Assembly (NCBI GenBank): GCA_013289615.1
Contig: JABCZO010000005.1
Coordinates: 54,371 to 118,370 of the forward strand
DNA length: 64,000 nt
DNA from: Gammaproteobacteria bacterium
GTDB taxonomy: Bacteria; Pseudomonadota; Gammaproteobacteria; Steroidobacterales; Steroidobacteraceae
Direction of reading: 5' to 3'
In this document: piece by piece, positions 28,623 to 37,808 of the stretch
Layout: every line of letters begins with the position of its first letter
Position numbering within the stretch: the stretch's first letter is position 1
The notes under the pieces: generated by a model
Told to the model about the DNA's origin: nothing
Database searches by the model: none
Seen by the model: only the letters and a program-made list of their open reading frames with translations
Position numbers and translations under genes: made by a program

Positions 28623-30404
28623 ATGCCGGCGCGCGACTACCGCTTGTTGAGCAGAACTGTTGCGGCGCTGGCGCTGTGCCTCGGTGCACTTTCGAGCGCC
28701 GCTGCCCCGTTGCCGGATGCCGCGCCAGCCGATGCGGCATTCATGGCGCTGGCGGATGACTATTTCGATAACTATTACTTTCCGGCCAATCCCACCGCCG
28801 CCACGACGGCCGGCATCCATCGCTACGATGAGCGGCTCGAGGATTTCAGCCGCGCCGGCGTGCAACGCCAGATCAAAGCGCTGCACGGCTACCTGCATCG
28901 CTTCGAGGCGGTAGATGCATCCAGCCTGTCGCAGCGCGTGCAGGGCGATCGCGAGCTGTTGCTGTCGAGTATCCGCAGCAGCCTGCTGACGCTGCAGACG
29001 ATCCGCCCCTGGCAGAAGGACCCGAACCTCTATTCCGACGGCATCACCGCCGCTGCGTTCATCCTGATGGAGAGAAATTTTTCACCGCTCGATGAGCGGC
29101 TGCGCCTGGTGTGCGCGCGCGAGAAGCTGATGCCGGCCGCGCTACGGGCCGCGCGCCTCAATCTGCGCAATCCACCGCGCATCTATACCCAGATCGCGCT
29201 CGAACAGCTGCCCGCCATCGTGAGCTTCTTCCAGGATGACCTGCCGCTGGCATTCGGCAGCACCGAGGATGCCGGACTAAAGCGCGAGTTCGCCGCGGCC
29301 AATGCGCGGGTGATCGCGGCGCTGAAGGGCTACCAGAACTGGCTGACGCACGTCCTGCTGCCACAATCGCACGGGGATTTTCGCCTGGGTATCCGCACCT
29401 TTCGCGCCAAGCTCGCCTACGACGAGATGGTGGACACACCACTGCCACGGCTGCTCGAAATCGGCATGGCCGACATGCAGCGCAATCAGGCGGAATTCGC
29501 CCGCGTCGCCAGGGAACTTGAACCCGACAAGAGCGTGCGGCAGGTGCTGGCGCAGCTCGCGCTGGACCATCCTGAACCAGGCCAGCTGCTCGATAGTTTT
29601 CGCGCCACCTTCGATAGCCTGATCGCCTTTATCGACCAGCACCAGATCGTGACGGTGCCGTCGGCGGTGCGGCCGATCCTGCGTGAGACCCCGCCGTTCA
29701 TGCGCGCGACTACCTTCGCCTCGATGGATACTCCCGGGCCGTACGAACCGGCTGCGCAGGAAGCCTATTTCAATGTCACGTTGCCGGCTCCGGGTTGGGA
29801 CGCGGACCGGACCGCAGGCTTCATGGCGCAGTTCAACTATCCGCTGATCAGTAACGTGGCGGTACATGAGGCCTATCCGGGCCACTACATCCAGTTCCTT
29901 TGGATGCATCGCCTCGATGATCGGGTGCGCAAGCTGGTCGGCGCCAACACCAACTCCGAGGGCTGGGCGCACTACTGCGAGCAGATGATGCTCGATGAGG
30001 GCTATGGACCAACGGGCACCGGTGCCACGGATCAGCGCCAGTCGAAGTTGCTGCGGCTGGGTCAGTTGCAGGATGCACTGTTACGCAATGCGCGCTATAT
30101 CGTCGCCATCCGACTGCACACCGGTCACATGACGATTGATCAGGCGATCGATTTCTTCGTGCAGCAGGGATACCAGTCACGCGAAGTCGGGCAGGTTGAG
30201 ACCAAGCGCGCCAGCTCCGACCCGACCTATCTCTACTACACGCTCGGCAAGCTGCAGATCCTGAAGCTGCGCTCAGACCTTGCGGCCCGCCAGGGCAGCA
30301 GCTTTCGACTCAAGGATTTCCACGACGCCTTCATGCAGCAGGGTTTTCCGCCGATCCGGCTGGTGCGGCGGGCGCTGCTGCAGGATGACTCGCCGACACT
30401 TTGA
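28623..30404 (+). CDS. DUF885 family protein (secreted, metallopeptidase-like)
   Basis: It has a signal peptide (LSRTVAALALCLGALSSAAA), the N-terminal FxxLADDYFDNYY motif and HEAYPGHYIQ. Confidence 0.75.
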   Translation: MPARDYRLLSRTVAALALCLGALSSAAAPLPDAAPADAAFMALADDYFDNYYFPANPTAATTAGIHRYDERLEDFSRAGVQRQIKALHGYLHRFEAVDASSLSQRVQGDRELLLSSIRSSLLTLQTIRPWQKDPNLYSDGITAAAFILMERNFSPLDERLRLVCAREKLMPAALRAARLNLRNPPRIYTQIALEQLPAIVSFFQDDLPLAFGSTEDAGLKREFAAANARVIAALKGYQNWLTHVLLPQSHGDFRLGIRTFRAKLAYDEMVDTPLPRLLEIGMADMQRNQAEFARVARELEPDKSVRQVLAQLALDHPEPGQLLDSFRATFDSLIAFIDQHQIVTVPSAVRPILRETPPFMRATTFASMDTPGPYEPAAQEAYFNVTLPAPGWDADRTAGFMAQFNYPLISNVAVHEAYPGHYIQFLWMHRLDDRVRKLVGANTNSEGWAHYCEQMMLDEGYGPTGTGATDQRQSKLLRLGQLQDALLRNARYIVAIRLHTGHMTIDQAIDFFVQQGYQSREVGQVETKRASSDPTYLYYTLGKLQILKLRSDLAARQGSSFRLKDFHDAFMQQGFPPIRLVRRALLQDDSPTL

Positions 30405-30526
30405 ATCCGGCCGCAACGTACTGCGCCTTCAGCGCCGGTTAATGCTCGGGCGACGAGACTGGCGGCAGGCGGCAGGCTATCGTCCGAGGATCATTTCGCT
30501 GCGGTATCAGTATCTGGGGTTGTCGC

Positions 30527-32515
30527 GTGCAGGCATTTCGCCACGGTTTCATTGTGTTTTTCGGCTCCCTCGGCCTGCTCACGCTGTCGGGTACGGCTGC
30601 TGTGGCGCAACAAGAGCCTGGCGAGCAGGCCTATGAGCAGCCATTGGCCGACGATGTAGATCCACCCACCCGTGCGGCCCGCCTGAGCTACGTTGAAGGC
30701 GCGGTATCGGTGCAGCCGGCCGGCGTCGACGACTGGACCGTGGCAACCATCAATCGGCCACTGACCAGCGGCGATCAGCTCTGGAGCGACCGCGGTTCGC
30801 GCGCCGAGATCGAGCTGGGATCGGCCACTGTGAGCCTGGCCGAGGCCAGTAGCGTGTCGCTGCTGAACCTGAGCGATCAGGCGGTGCAACTGCAGGTCAG
30901 CGCGGGCACGGCCAACATCACGCTGCGCGATCTGGATCCGGCTGCCAGCTTCGAGATCGATGCTCCTAACGCATCGATATCCCTGGTGCACCCGGGGAGC
31001 TATCGCATCGGCGTCGATGAGGCGGGCAACACCACGGTGGCGATGCGCGACGGGCAGGCCCAGGTCGTCACCAGTGCCGGCCAGTCGGTCATCCTGCGCG
31101 GCGGACAGGGCGCTCAATTCGGTCCCAGCGGTGCCGTCGATGTGGCAGCACTGGGCCCGCCGGACAGTTTCGATCGCTGGTGCGCTCAGCGCAGCCAGCG
31201 CTGGGCGCAGGATCAGGCCGCCAGCCAGTACGTCTCGGCCGATGTGGTCGGCGCGCAAGACCTGGCCGCCAACGGCGACTGGCGCCAGGAGCCGGATTAC
31301 GGCTACGTCTGGTACCCGACGGCGGTAGCGGTCGACTGGGCCCCGTATCGCTACGGCCGATGGTTATGGGTCACGCCCTGGGGATGGACCTGGGTGGACA
31401 GTGCCCCGTGGGGGTACGCCCCGTTTCATTATGGTCGCTGGGCTTATCTGCGGCAGCGCTGGTGCTGGGTGCCCGCGCCGGTGCGCAGCCGCGCGATCTA
31501 TGCCCCGGCCCTGGTCGCGTGGATGGGTGGACCGGGCGGCGTCGATGCAGTGACGGTCGGTGCCGGTCCGGGCGTCGGCTGGCTGGCGCTTGCTCCCGGC
31601 GAGGTCTACCTGCCCGGTTATCGCGTCAGCGCGCGTTATCTGCATAACGTCAACGCCAGCAATACGAGCATCGTCAACACCAGCTACATCACGAGCGTCT
31701 ACCAGAATCCGGGGTTGCAGAACCGCTATGCCAACCGCACGGCGCCGCACGCGCTGTCCGTGGTATCGCAGAGCAGTTTTGCCTCCGGCCAGCCGGTCGC
31801 CGGCAGGTTCATCGCAGCGCCGCCGCAATGGCAAGGGGTCAATGCGACGGCGCGGCCGCCCGCAATCCTGCCGGCGCGCCAGAGCGTACTGGGGCCGCCC
31901 GCCCAGACGCCGGTGAGGCGTCCGCCAGTCGCCATCGCCCATCGCCCGGTTGTGGCCCGCCATGAGCCGCCGCCGCTGCCAGCATCGTTCGACCGACAGA
32001 TGGATGCGATGCGCGCCAATGGCGGCCGCGCGCTGCCGCCAGCGCAATTGCAGCAGCTACGCGGCCCGGACAGCCCACGTCCGAATATCGTGCTGGCCCC
32101 GCAGACAGTGCGCAGCGCGCCCGTCACACCCAACGCACCGGCCGCACCGGCCGCTACAGCCGCGCCCAGCACCGCGCTTCCGCGGGTGCCGCCGATTGAC
32201 CGGCGCATGATTCCCGAGCGTCCACCGCCATATCAACCCCCGGCGTCATCGCCACCGCCGGCGCCATCGCAAGCGCCGGTGCAATTTCATGCTCGCGAGC
32301 AGCTGCAGCCCCCGGCAGCGCCACCACCGCCGCCCCCGCCGCCACCGCCACCGCCGTTGCCGCTGCCGCCGCACGAGGTCGCCCCCCCGCCGCCGCTCTC
32401 ACCGCCACCGCCGCTACCGCCGGCTCAGGCGCCGCCGCCGGCTCAGCCGCTGCCCAAAGCCAAGGCGCCACCTGCGCCTGTGCGGCCGGAGGTTCGCAAG
32501 CCCGACCCGAGCTGA
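30527..32515 (+). CDS. Secreted FecR-domain / DUF6600-like protein with a Trp/Tyr/Gly-rich module and a proline-rich C-terminus
   Basis: After the signal peptide comes a FecR-like beta region (ARLSYVEGAVSVQPAG...GDQLWSD...AEIELG). Next is YGYVWYP...YRYGRWLWVTPWGWTWV...WGYAPFHYGRW. The final 200 aa or so are Pro-rich and include a run of 12 prolines. Confidence 0.7.
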   Translation: MQAFRHGFIVFFGSLGLLTLSGTAAVAQQEPGEQAYEQPLADDVDPPTRAARLSYVEGAVSVQPAGVDDWTVATINRPLTSGDQLWSDRGSRAEIELGSATVSLAEASSVSLLNLSDQAVQLQVSAGTANITLRDLDPAASFEIDAPNASISLVHPGSYRIGVDEAGNTTVAMRDGQAQVVTSAGQSVILRGGQGAQFGPSGAVDVAALGPPDSFDRWCAQRSQRWAQDQAASQYVSADVVGAQDLAANGDWRQEPDYGYVWYPTAVAVDWAPYRYGRWLWVTPWGWTWVDSAPWGYAPFHYGRWAYLRQRWCWVPAPVRSRAIYAPALVAWMGGPGGVDAVTVGAGPGVGWLALAPGEVYLPGYRVSARYLHNVNASNTSIVNTSYITSVYQNPGLQNRYANRTAPHALSVVSQSSFASGQPVAGRFIAAPPQWQGVNATARPPAILPARQSVLGPPAQTPVRRPPVAIAHRPVVARHEPPPLPASFDRQMDAMRANGGRALPPAQLQQLRGPDSPRPNIVLAPQTVRSAPVTPNAPAAPAATAAPSTALPRVPPIDRRMIPERPPPYQPPASSPPPAPSQAPVQFHAREQLQPPAAPPPPPPPPPPPPLPLPPHEVAPPPPLSPPPPLPPAQAPPPAQPLPKAKAPPAPVRPEVRKPDPS

Positions 32516-32538
32516 TGCCGGGGACTGGGCTCGCCAGC

Positions 32539-33912
32539 TCAGATCACAGGGTCGAGCCAGCCGTCGTCGCCTTCGATCAGGCGCTGCGCTTCACGCGGGC
32601 CCCACGAGCCGCGTGCATATTCATAGGACGGCGTGATATCGCCGAGCACCGGATCGACCACCGTCCACTGCGCCTCGATGGCGTCCTGGCGTCCGAACAG
32701 CCCGAGATCGCCACGCAGCGCGTCGCCCAGCAGCCGCTCGTAGGGCGTCAGCGCATCCCCGGGCTGGCGTGTCACGATCAGCTCGACATCCTCGCCCGCC
32801 ATGCGCTCGCCCGGCACCTTCACGCGCATTCCCAGCGCAATCAACACCTCTCGATTCAACCGCAGGCGCAGATGGCTCGAAAGGCTCGGCACCAACTCGC
32901 CAAACACCTCGCGCGGCGGTCGCCGAAACTCCACCACCACCTCGGTGCAGGTGACCGGCAGGCACTTGCCGGCACGGATATAGAACGGCACATCGGCCCA
33001 GCGCCAGCTGTCGACATACAGCTTGACCGCCGCATAGGTCTCGACCTGGGAGTTGTCGGCGACCCCGGCTTCCGAGCGATAGCCGCGGTACTGGCCGCGC
33101 ACCACGCTGTTCGCGTCCAGTGGCCTGATGGCGCGCAGCACCCGCGACTTCTCATCACGCATCGCGCTGGCCGCGTTATGCAGCGGCGCGTCCATGATCA
33201 CGCTGCTCAGTACCTGCAGCATGTGATTCTGGATCACGTCACGGATGGCGCCGGCTTCCTCGTAGAATTTGCCGCGGCCGCGCACGTCAAAATCCTCCGC
33301 CATCGTGATCTGCACGCTGCGGATGTAGGTGCGGTTCCAGGTCGGCTCGAGAAAGGCATTGGTGAAGCGGGTATAGAGAATATTCTGCACCGGTTCCTTG
33401 CCGAGGTAGTGATCGATGCGAAAGATCGATTCCTCGGGAAAGTATTTGTGCAGAATGACATTGAGTTCGCGCGCCGATTTCAGATCGCGGCCGAACGGCT
33501 TTTCCAGCACCACGCGCGCGTTGGCGGCGCAGTCGGCGGCGGCAAGAGCGCCGATCACGGTCGCGAACACGCTCGGCGGTATCGCCAGATAATGCAGCGG
33601 CATGCGGGCATCACCCAGGGCCGCACGCAAGCGGGCGAAGGTCGCGGCCTCGCGATAGTCGCCATCGACATAGCCCATCAGCGATGCAAGCTTGTTGAAT
33701 GCCTGCTCATCGTAGACGCCGTGCTCCCTGATCGATGCGCGCGCCTGCTCGATCAGTTTCTCGCGCGTCCAGCCGGAGCGGCCGACACCCACGATCGGTG
33801 CCTCGAGCTGTCCGTGGCGCACCAGCGCCTGCAGCGCCGGAAAGATCTGTTTGTAGGCCAGATCGCCGGTCGCGCCAAAGAAGACGAATGCGTCCGAGTG
33901 CGGAAGATCCAC
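32539..33912 (-). CDS. zwf: Glucose-6-phosphate dehydrogenase
   Basis: Motifs [16 protein letters not shown] and RIDHYLGKE are present. The start was set at GTG 33912, 10 nt after the gnd stop. The track ORF extends to ATG 34032 inside gnd. Confidence 0.9.
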   Translation of the reverse strand: MDLPHSDAFVFFGATGDLAYKQIFPALQALVRHGQLEAPIVGVGRSGWTREKLIEQARASIREHGVYDEQAFNKLASLMGYVDGDYREAATFARLRAALGDARMPLHYLAIPPSVFATVIGALAAADCAANARVVLEKPFGRDLKSARELNVILHKYFPEESIFRIDHYLGKEPVQNILYTRFTNAFLEPTWNRTYIRSVQITMAEDFDVRGRGKFYEEAGAIRDVIQNHMLQVLSSVIMDAPLHNAASAMRDEKSRVLRAIRPLDANSVVRGQYRGYRSEAGVADNSQVETYAAVKLYVDSWRWADVPFYIRAGKCLPVTCTEVVVEFRRPPREVFGELVPSLSSHLRLRLNREVLIALGMRVKVPGERMAGEDVELIVTRQPGDALTPYERLLGDALRGDLGLFGRQDAIEAQWTVVDPVLGDITPSYEYARGSWGPREAQRLIEGDDGWLDPVI

Positions 33913-33922
33913 GCTGCTGCGC

Positions 33923-34945
33923 TCAGGCGGCCGGGGTCGCCGGCTTTTCCTGGTGTCCTCCGAAGCCCAGCCGCATCGCCGACAAGGTGCGGTTGGCGAA
34001 TTCGGATTCGCCGCGCGAACTGAAGCGCGCAAACAGCGCGGTCGCCAGGACCGGCACCGGCACGCCGGCCTCGATCGCAGCCTCGACGGTCCAGCGGCCT
34101 TCGCCCGAGTCCGCCACGTGGCCGGCGAACTTGTCCAGCGCCGGGCTTTCGGCCAGCTGTCCGGCCAGCAGATCGAGCAGCCACGAACTCACGACGCTGC
34201 CGTGCCGCCACAACTCCGCGACCTGGTCCAGCCTGACATTCATGTCACGCGGCATTAGCGCGCGCGTGGGCGCAGTCTCGGCATCAGCGGCCCTGGCCTG
34301 CACCGGCTCGCCGGCCCGGTGCAGCAGATTGAAGCCTTCCGCGTAGGCGGCCATCAATCCGTATTCGATGCCGTTATGGACCATCTTGACGAAGTGTCCG
34401 GAACCGCAGGATCCGACATGCAGAAAACCCCGCGCCGCGCTGCTTGCGGTGACGCTCGCCTCGCCGGTGGCTTGGGCAAGCGCGGACAGTATCGGCTCGA
34501 GCTGCTGCACCGCCTTGGCGTCGCCGCCGATCATCAGGCAATAGCCACGCTCCAGGCCAAACACACCGCCGCTGGTGCCGACATCGACGTAGTGCACCCC
34601 GCGCGGCTTGAGCTCCTGCTCGCGTCGCATGTCGTCGGCGTAGTGCGAGTTGCCGCCATCGATGACGATATCGCCGGCCCGGAGCACGGGAATCAGCGTC
34701 TGCAGCAATGCATCCACGGCCGCCGCCGGCACCATCATCCACACCACGCGCGGCGTTGGCAGTTTCGCCACCAGATCGGTTACCGACGCAGCCGCCGTAG
34801 CGCCGTCTGCCGCCAGTGCCTTGACCGCGGCGGCGCTGAAATCAAACGCCACACAGTCATGCCCGGCGCGCATCAGGCGGCGCGCCATGTTCGAGCCCAT
34901 GCGTCCCAGGCCAATCATTCCGATTTTCAATGGTGTTCCTCGCAC
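33923..34945 (-). CDS. gnd: 6-phosphogluconate dehydrogenase, decarboxylating (short, about 340-aa type)
   Basis: The Rossmann N-terminus is [17 protein letters not shown] and the central region has GGNSHY. It lies immediately upstream of zwf. Confidence 0.88.
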   Translation of the reverse strand: MRGTPLKIGMIGLGRMGSNMARRLMRAGHDCVAFDFSAAAVKALAADGATAAASVTDLVAKLPTPRVVWMMVPAAAVDALLQTLIPVLRAGDIVIDGGNSHYADDMRREQELKPRGVHYVDVGTSGGVFGLERGYCLMIGGDAKAVQQLEPILSALAQATGEASVTASSAARGFLHVGSCGSGHFVKMVHNGIEYGLMAAYAEGFNLLHRAGEPVQARAADAETAPTRALMPRDMNVRLDQVAELWRHGSVVSSWLLDLLAGQLAESPALDKFAGHVADSGEGRWTVEAAIEAGVPVPVLATALFARFSSRGESEFANRTLSAMRLGFGGHQEKPATPAA

Positions 34946-35069
34946 TGTTGGTCACCAGTCAGGCAGCTCGACGCCATTGGCGGCGGCCGCGATACGCATC
35001 AGAGCACAAAAAGCGCTGGCGGGAAATTGCTGCGAGTACCGATGTCGCGGCCATGCCGCGACCGTACTT

Positions 35070-36104
35070 TCAGGCCACGGCGCCGGAGGCACGCTCGGCG
35101 ACGGTAACGCGGTTGCGTCCGGCCGCCTTCGATTGATAGAGGGCGCGATCGGCGCGCGCGTTCATGGCCTCGAACTGTTCATTCTCGCCGCAGGTGGCGA
35201 GTCCGAGCGAGACGGTAACATTACCGATGCTCTCCTCGGTGTCGGCGCGGCGGATCTTTCCGTGCTCGACCGCAGCCCGGATCCGCTCGGCCAGTTCGAC
35301 GCCGCCGGCGCTCGAAGTGTGGGACAGCAGTACGGCGAATTCCTCGCCGCCAATACGGGCAATGGGGCCGCGTTCGCCGATGCAACTGCGCAGCACGTTG
35401 GCCACCGCGACGATGACCTTGTCGCCGAGCAGGTGACCGTGCGCATCGTTGATGGCCTTGAAGTGGTCGATGTCGACGATCAACAGGGTGCAGCCCCGCA
35501 GGCTGCCGTGGCTGATGCGCTGCATCTGATAATCGAAGCCGCGCCGGTTCAACAGCCCGGTCATCGGGTCGGTCAGCGCCAGGCCCTGCACCAGTTCGAG
35601 CTCGCCGCGCAGCCGCTCGACTTCCTCGGAACTCTTCTTCAGGTGCTCATGGTAGATGCCGGTCTTGACGCGCACGCGGGTGGTTTCGCCGATCAGCGAC
35701 TCGACCACCTGGCCGACGCTCTCCTTACCGCTGTCATCGCGCAGGCGATCGCGATAGCCATCGAGCTCGTTGCCGTAGTGCTGCACCTCGTGGCCAGCGT
35801 CGACCGCCACGCCGTCGACGTGATCGATCATGCGGGCAATCTGGGCACGCATGCGTGCCGAGGAGTCGATATCGCGCATGGCGACGTGCGCGTCGAACAG
35901 CTCCTCGATGTCCCGGTCGCTCAGCACCGGGGCCTGTAGCAAGCGGGCGTCGACCGCGGCTCGCAGTGCGGGGTTGAAGCCCGCGGCATACTCGTACCAA
36001 ACGCTGTAACTCAGCGGATGAAAGCCGGCGGAATGCCTGGCCATCAGCGGCAATACCATCCTCAGCAATTCGGCGGATTGCTCGCGTGTTTCTTTATACC
36101 GCAT
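35070..36104 (-). CDS. Diguanylate cyclase (N-terminal helical sensor-like domain plus GGDEF)
   Basis: The GGDEF domain has LLNRRGF, DIDHFKAINDAHGHLLGD and an intact active site RIGGEEF. Confidence 0.88.
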   Translation of the reverse strand: MRYKETREQSAELLRMVLPLMARHSAGFHPLSYSVWYEYAAGFNPALRAAVDARLLQAPVLSDRDIEELFDAHVAMRDIDSSARMRAQIARMIDHVDGVAVDAGHEVQHYGNELDGYRDRLRDDSGKESVGQVVESLIGETTRVRVKTGIYHEHLKKSSEEVERLRGELELVQGLALTDPMTGLLNRRGFDYQMQRISHGSLRGCTLLIVDIDHFKAINDAHGHLLGDKVIVAVANVLRSCIGERGPIARIGGEEFAVLLSHTSSAGGVELAERIRAAVEHGKIRRADTEESIGNVTVSLGLATCGENEQFEAMNARADRALYQSKAAGRNRVTVAERASGAVA

Positions 36105-36200
36105 TGCACAAGGACCCCTGACGGCCGCCTGACGGCGGCTCGACGCATGGCTGATTATCTACACAACCCTGCAATCAAGCCAGCTGCCGGATAGCAGCCT

Positions 36201-37757
36201 TCAGTCGAATGCCGTTCCACTGACCTCGAGCAGCCGGTACTGCCAGTAGTCGAGCTGCGAGGCGTCCGCATAGACGTCGACGTCGCTGCTGTATTCGGTG
36301 CCGCCAGCGGCCCGGTTGTACCACACCGCATCAAACCACGAGAGCGCATCGCTGCTCGCTGGGGCTGCACCCGGCAGCTCGGCGATGAACGCTGCGGCGA
36401 GATTGAAATCATCGAGATCGCGGCGGCTGAGTTCGGCCGTGCCGACCATCAGCCAGGCGCGAGCGGCGCTGCGGATCAGCACAAAGCCCGGACTGAACTG
36501 CTCGCCGTGGGTGCGGTACCAGCGCACCCGCACGGCGCCATCGCTGGCAGCCACCAGCTCCGAAGCCACCTGGCGGTTGGGCAGCCCCGAACGGTCATAG
36601 CCATAGCCGTCCTTGCCCGGATCGAGCAGCACACGAACGGTCGCACCGCGCCAGGCGGCGTCGATCAGTGCGCGCACCAGGTCGCGCTGCGATAGATAGA
36701 GCGCCGCGATCTCGATGCTGTCATGGCTGCCTGCCGCGTCGAGGCGCTCGAGCAGTGCCTCGGCGATCGGCGCCTCGCTCACCACTCGTGCCCGCGCCGC
36801 GTCGACAGCCGCGGCAGCCGCGCCAGCCGTGGCAGCCGTGGCAGCCGCGGCAGCCGCGATATTGCGGCGCTGGCGTTCGATCAGCCGTTGCGAACGCTCC
36901 TGTATGGCGCCGCCGCCGCTCCAGCCGGAGAACTGCGCCATCACGAATTCGGACTCGAGCAGCGGTTCCAGCGCCTCGCCCGCAATGTGCAGCGCCACGG
37001 CGGTATGCAGCGAGGCTTCGGCGTTCAGTGGTCGCGAGAAAATCAGCGCGGCAAGGCCGCCGCCGCCATCATCGGCAATCAGAAGCTGGCGATGGCTGCG
37101 CTGATAGCCCGGCGTGCGGCCCCACAGTCCCATCGAGACCCCCGAGGGTCCAATGCCGAGCGGGTTGGGCCAGGCTCCCGCGGCTGCGACCGGGCTCCAC
37201 CAGCGGCAGCACAGCTGCCAGAAGCCGACAAAGACCGCATTGGGCGCGCGCAGTCGGCCGACATCGACCGGCACGACCGCGACACCGGCCTCGCGCAGCC
37301 GCTCCAGCGTCGGGGAACCCACCTGCAGCTGAGCGCTCGCGGGGTCGATCAGTAGCAGCACCTGCAGAGCGGGTTGCTGCTGCCTGGCCTGCAGCAGTGC
37401 ATCGGCCAATGTTGCTGCGACCGGCGCGGCAGCGCGCAGCCTGGATGCACCGGGGCCGGCGGCTGGCAGATCCCCGAACAGTCCCGTATCGAGCACCAGG
37501 AAGTCGCGCGCCTGAGCGATCATGCGCAGCAGTTCCACGTTGATCTGGTGCTGGTTGAGCGGCGCGCCGGTCGCATCGGCCGCGGTCAGGTCGCGCAGGA
37601 ATTGCAACTCGCCGGCCGGCACGCTGTGCCAGTTGCCGGCGATATGCACACCTGGCGGCAGGCGCTTTTGCGATTGCCACAGTGCGAGCGCGGCCCAGGC
37701 GAGCAGCAATGCGGCGACCAGCAGTCGCCATAGCCAGCGGAACGGAAACGCGCGCAT
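36201..37757 (-). CDS. Membrane-anchored phospholipase D-like (two-lobe) protein with non-canonical HKD motifs
   Basis: It has an N-terminal TM anchor (WLWRLLVAALLLAWAALALW). The first motif reads SHRQLLIADD (H-x-Q-x4-D). In the second lobe the best candidates are THGEQFSPGFVLI and MVGTAELS, with no HxK(x)4D. The family call rests on overall layout and is from memory. Confidence 0.55.
   Translation of the reverse strand: MRAFPFRWLWRLLVAALLLAWAALALWQSQKRLPPGVHIAGNWHSVPAGELQFLRDLTAADATGAPLNQHQINVELLRMIAQARDFLVLDTGLFGDLPAAGPGASRLRAAAPVAATLADALLQARQQQPALQVLLLIDPASAQLQVGSPTLERLREAGVAVVPVDVGRLRAPNAVFVGFWQLCCRWWSPVAAAGAWPNPLGIGPSGVSMGLWGRTPGYQRSHRQLLIADDGGGGLAALIFSRPLNAEASLHTAVALHIAGEALEPLLESEFVMAQFSGWSGGGAIQERSQRLIERQRRNIAAAAAATAATAGAAAAAVDAARARVVSEAPIAEALLERLDAAGSHDSIEIAALYLSQRDLVRALIDAAWRGATVRVLLDPGKDGYGYDRSGLPNRQVASELVAASDGAVRVRWYRTHGEQFSPGFVLIRSAARAWLMVGTAELSRRDLDDFNLAAAFIAELPGAAPASSDALSWFDAVWYNRAAGGTEYSSDVDVYADASQLDYWQYRLLEVSGTAFD
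36807..36860. repeat. Six tandem 9-bp units (agccgYgSc) inside the PLD-like gene, encoding an Ala/Thr tract
   Basis: Read directly: agccgcggc agccgcgcc agccgtggc agccgtggc agccgcggc agccgcgat. On the minus strand this encodes AAAAAATAATAGAAAAAV. Confidence 0.8.
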
Positions 37758-37808
37758 GCGCGCATTGTGCCTGCTGACGGCGGTAAAAAAGTGAGACGCC
37801 CTCGGCGA

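Noticed and set aside
33913-34032. ATG 34032 considered as the zwf start (120 nt longer, of which 110 nt overlap gnd).
   Set aside because: The extra 40 residues are Arg/Pro-rich and lie within the conserved C-terminus of gnd. GTG 33912 gives the usual short N-terminus before FGATGDLA.
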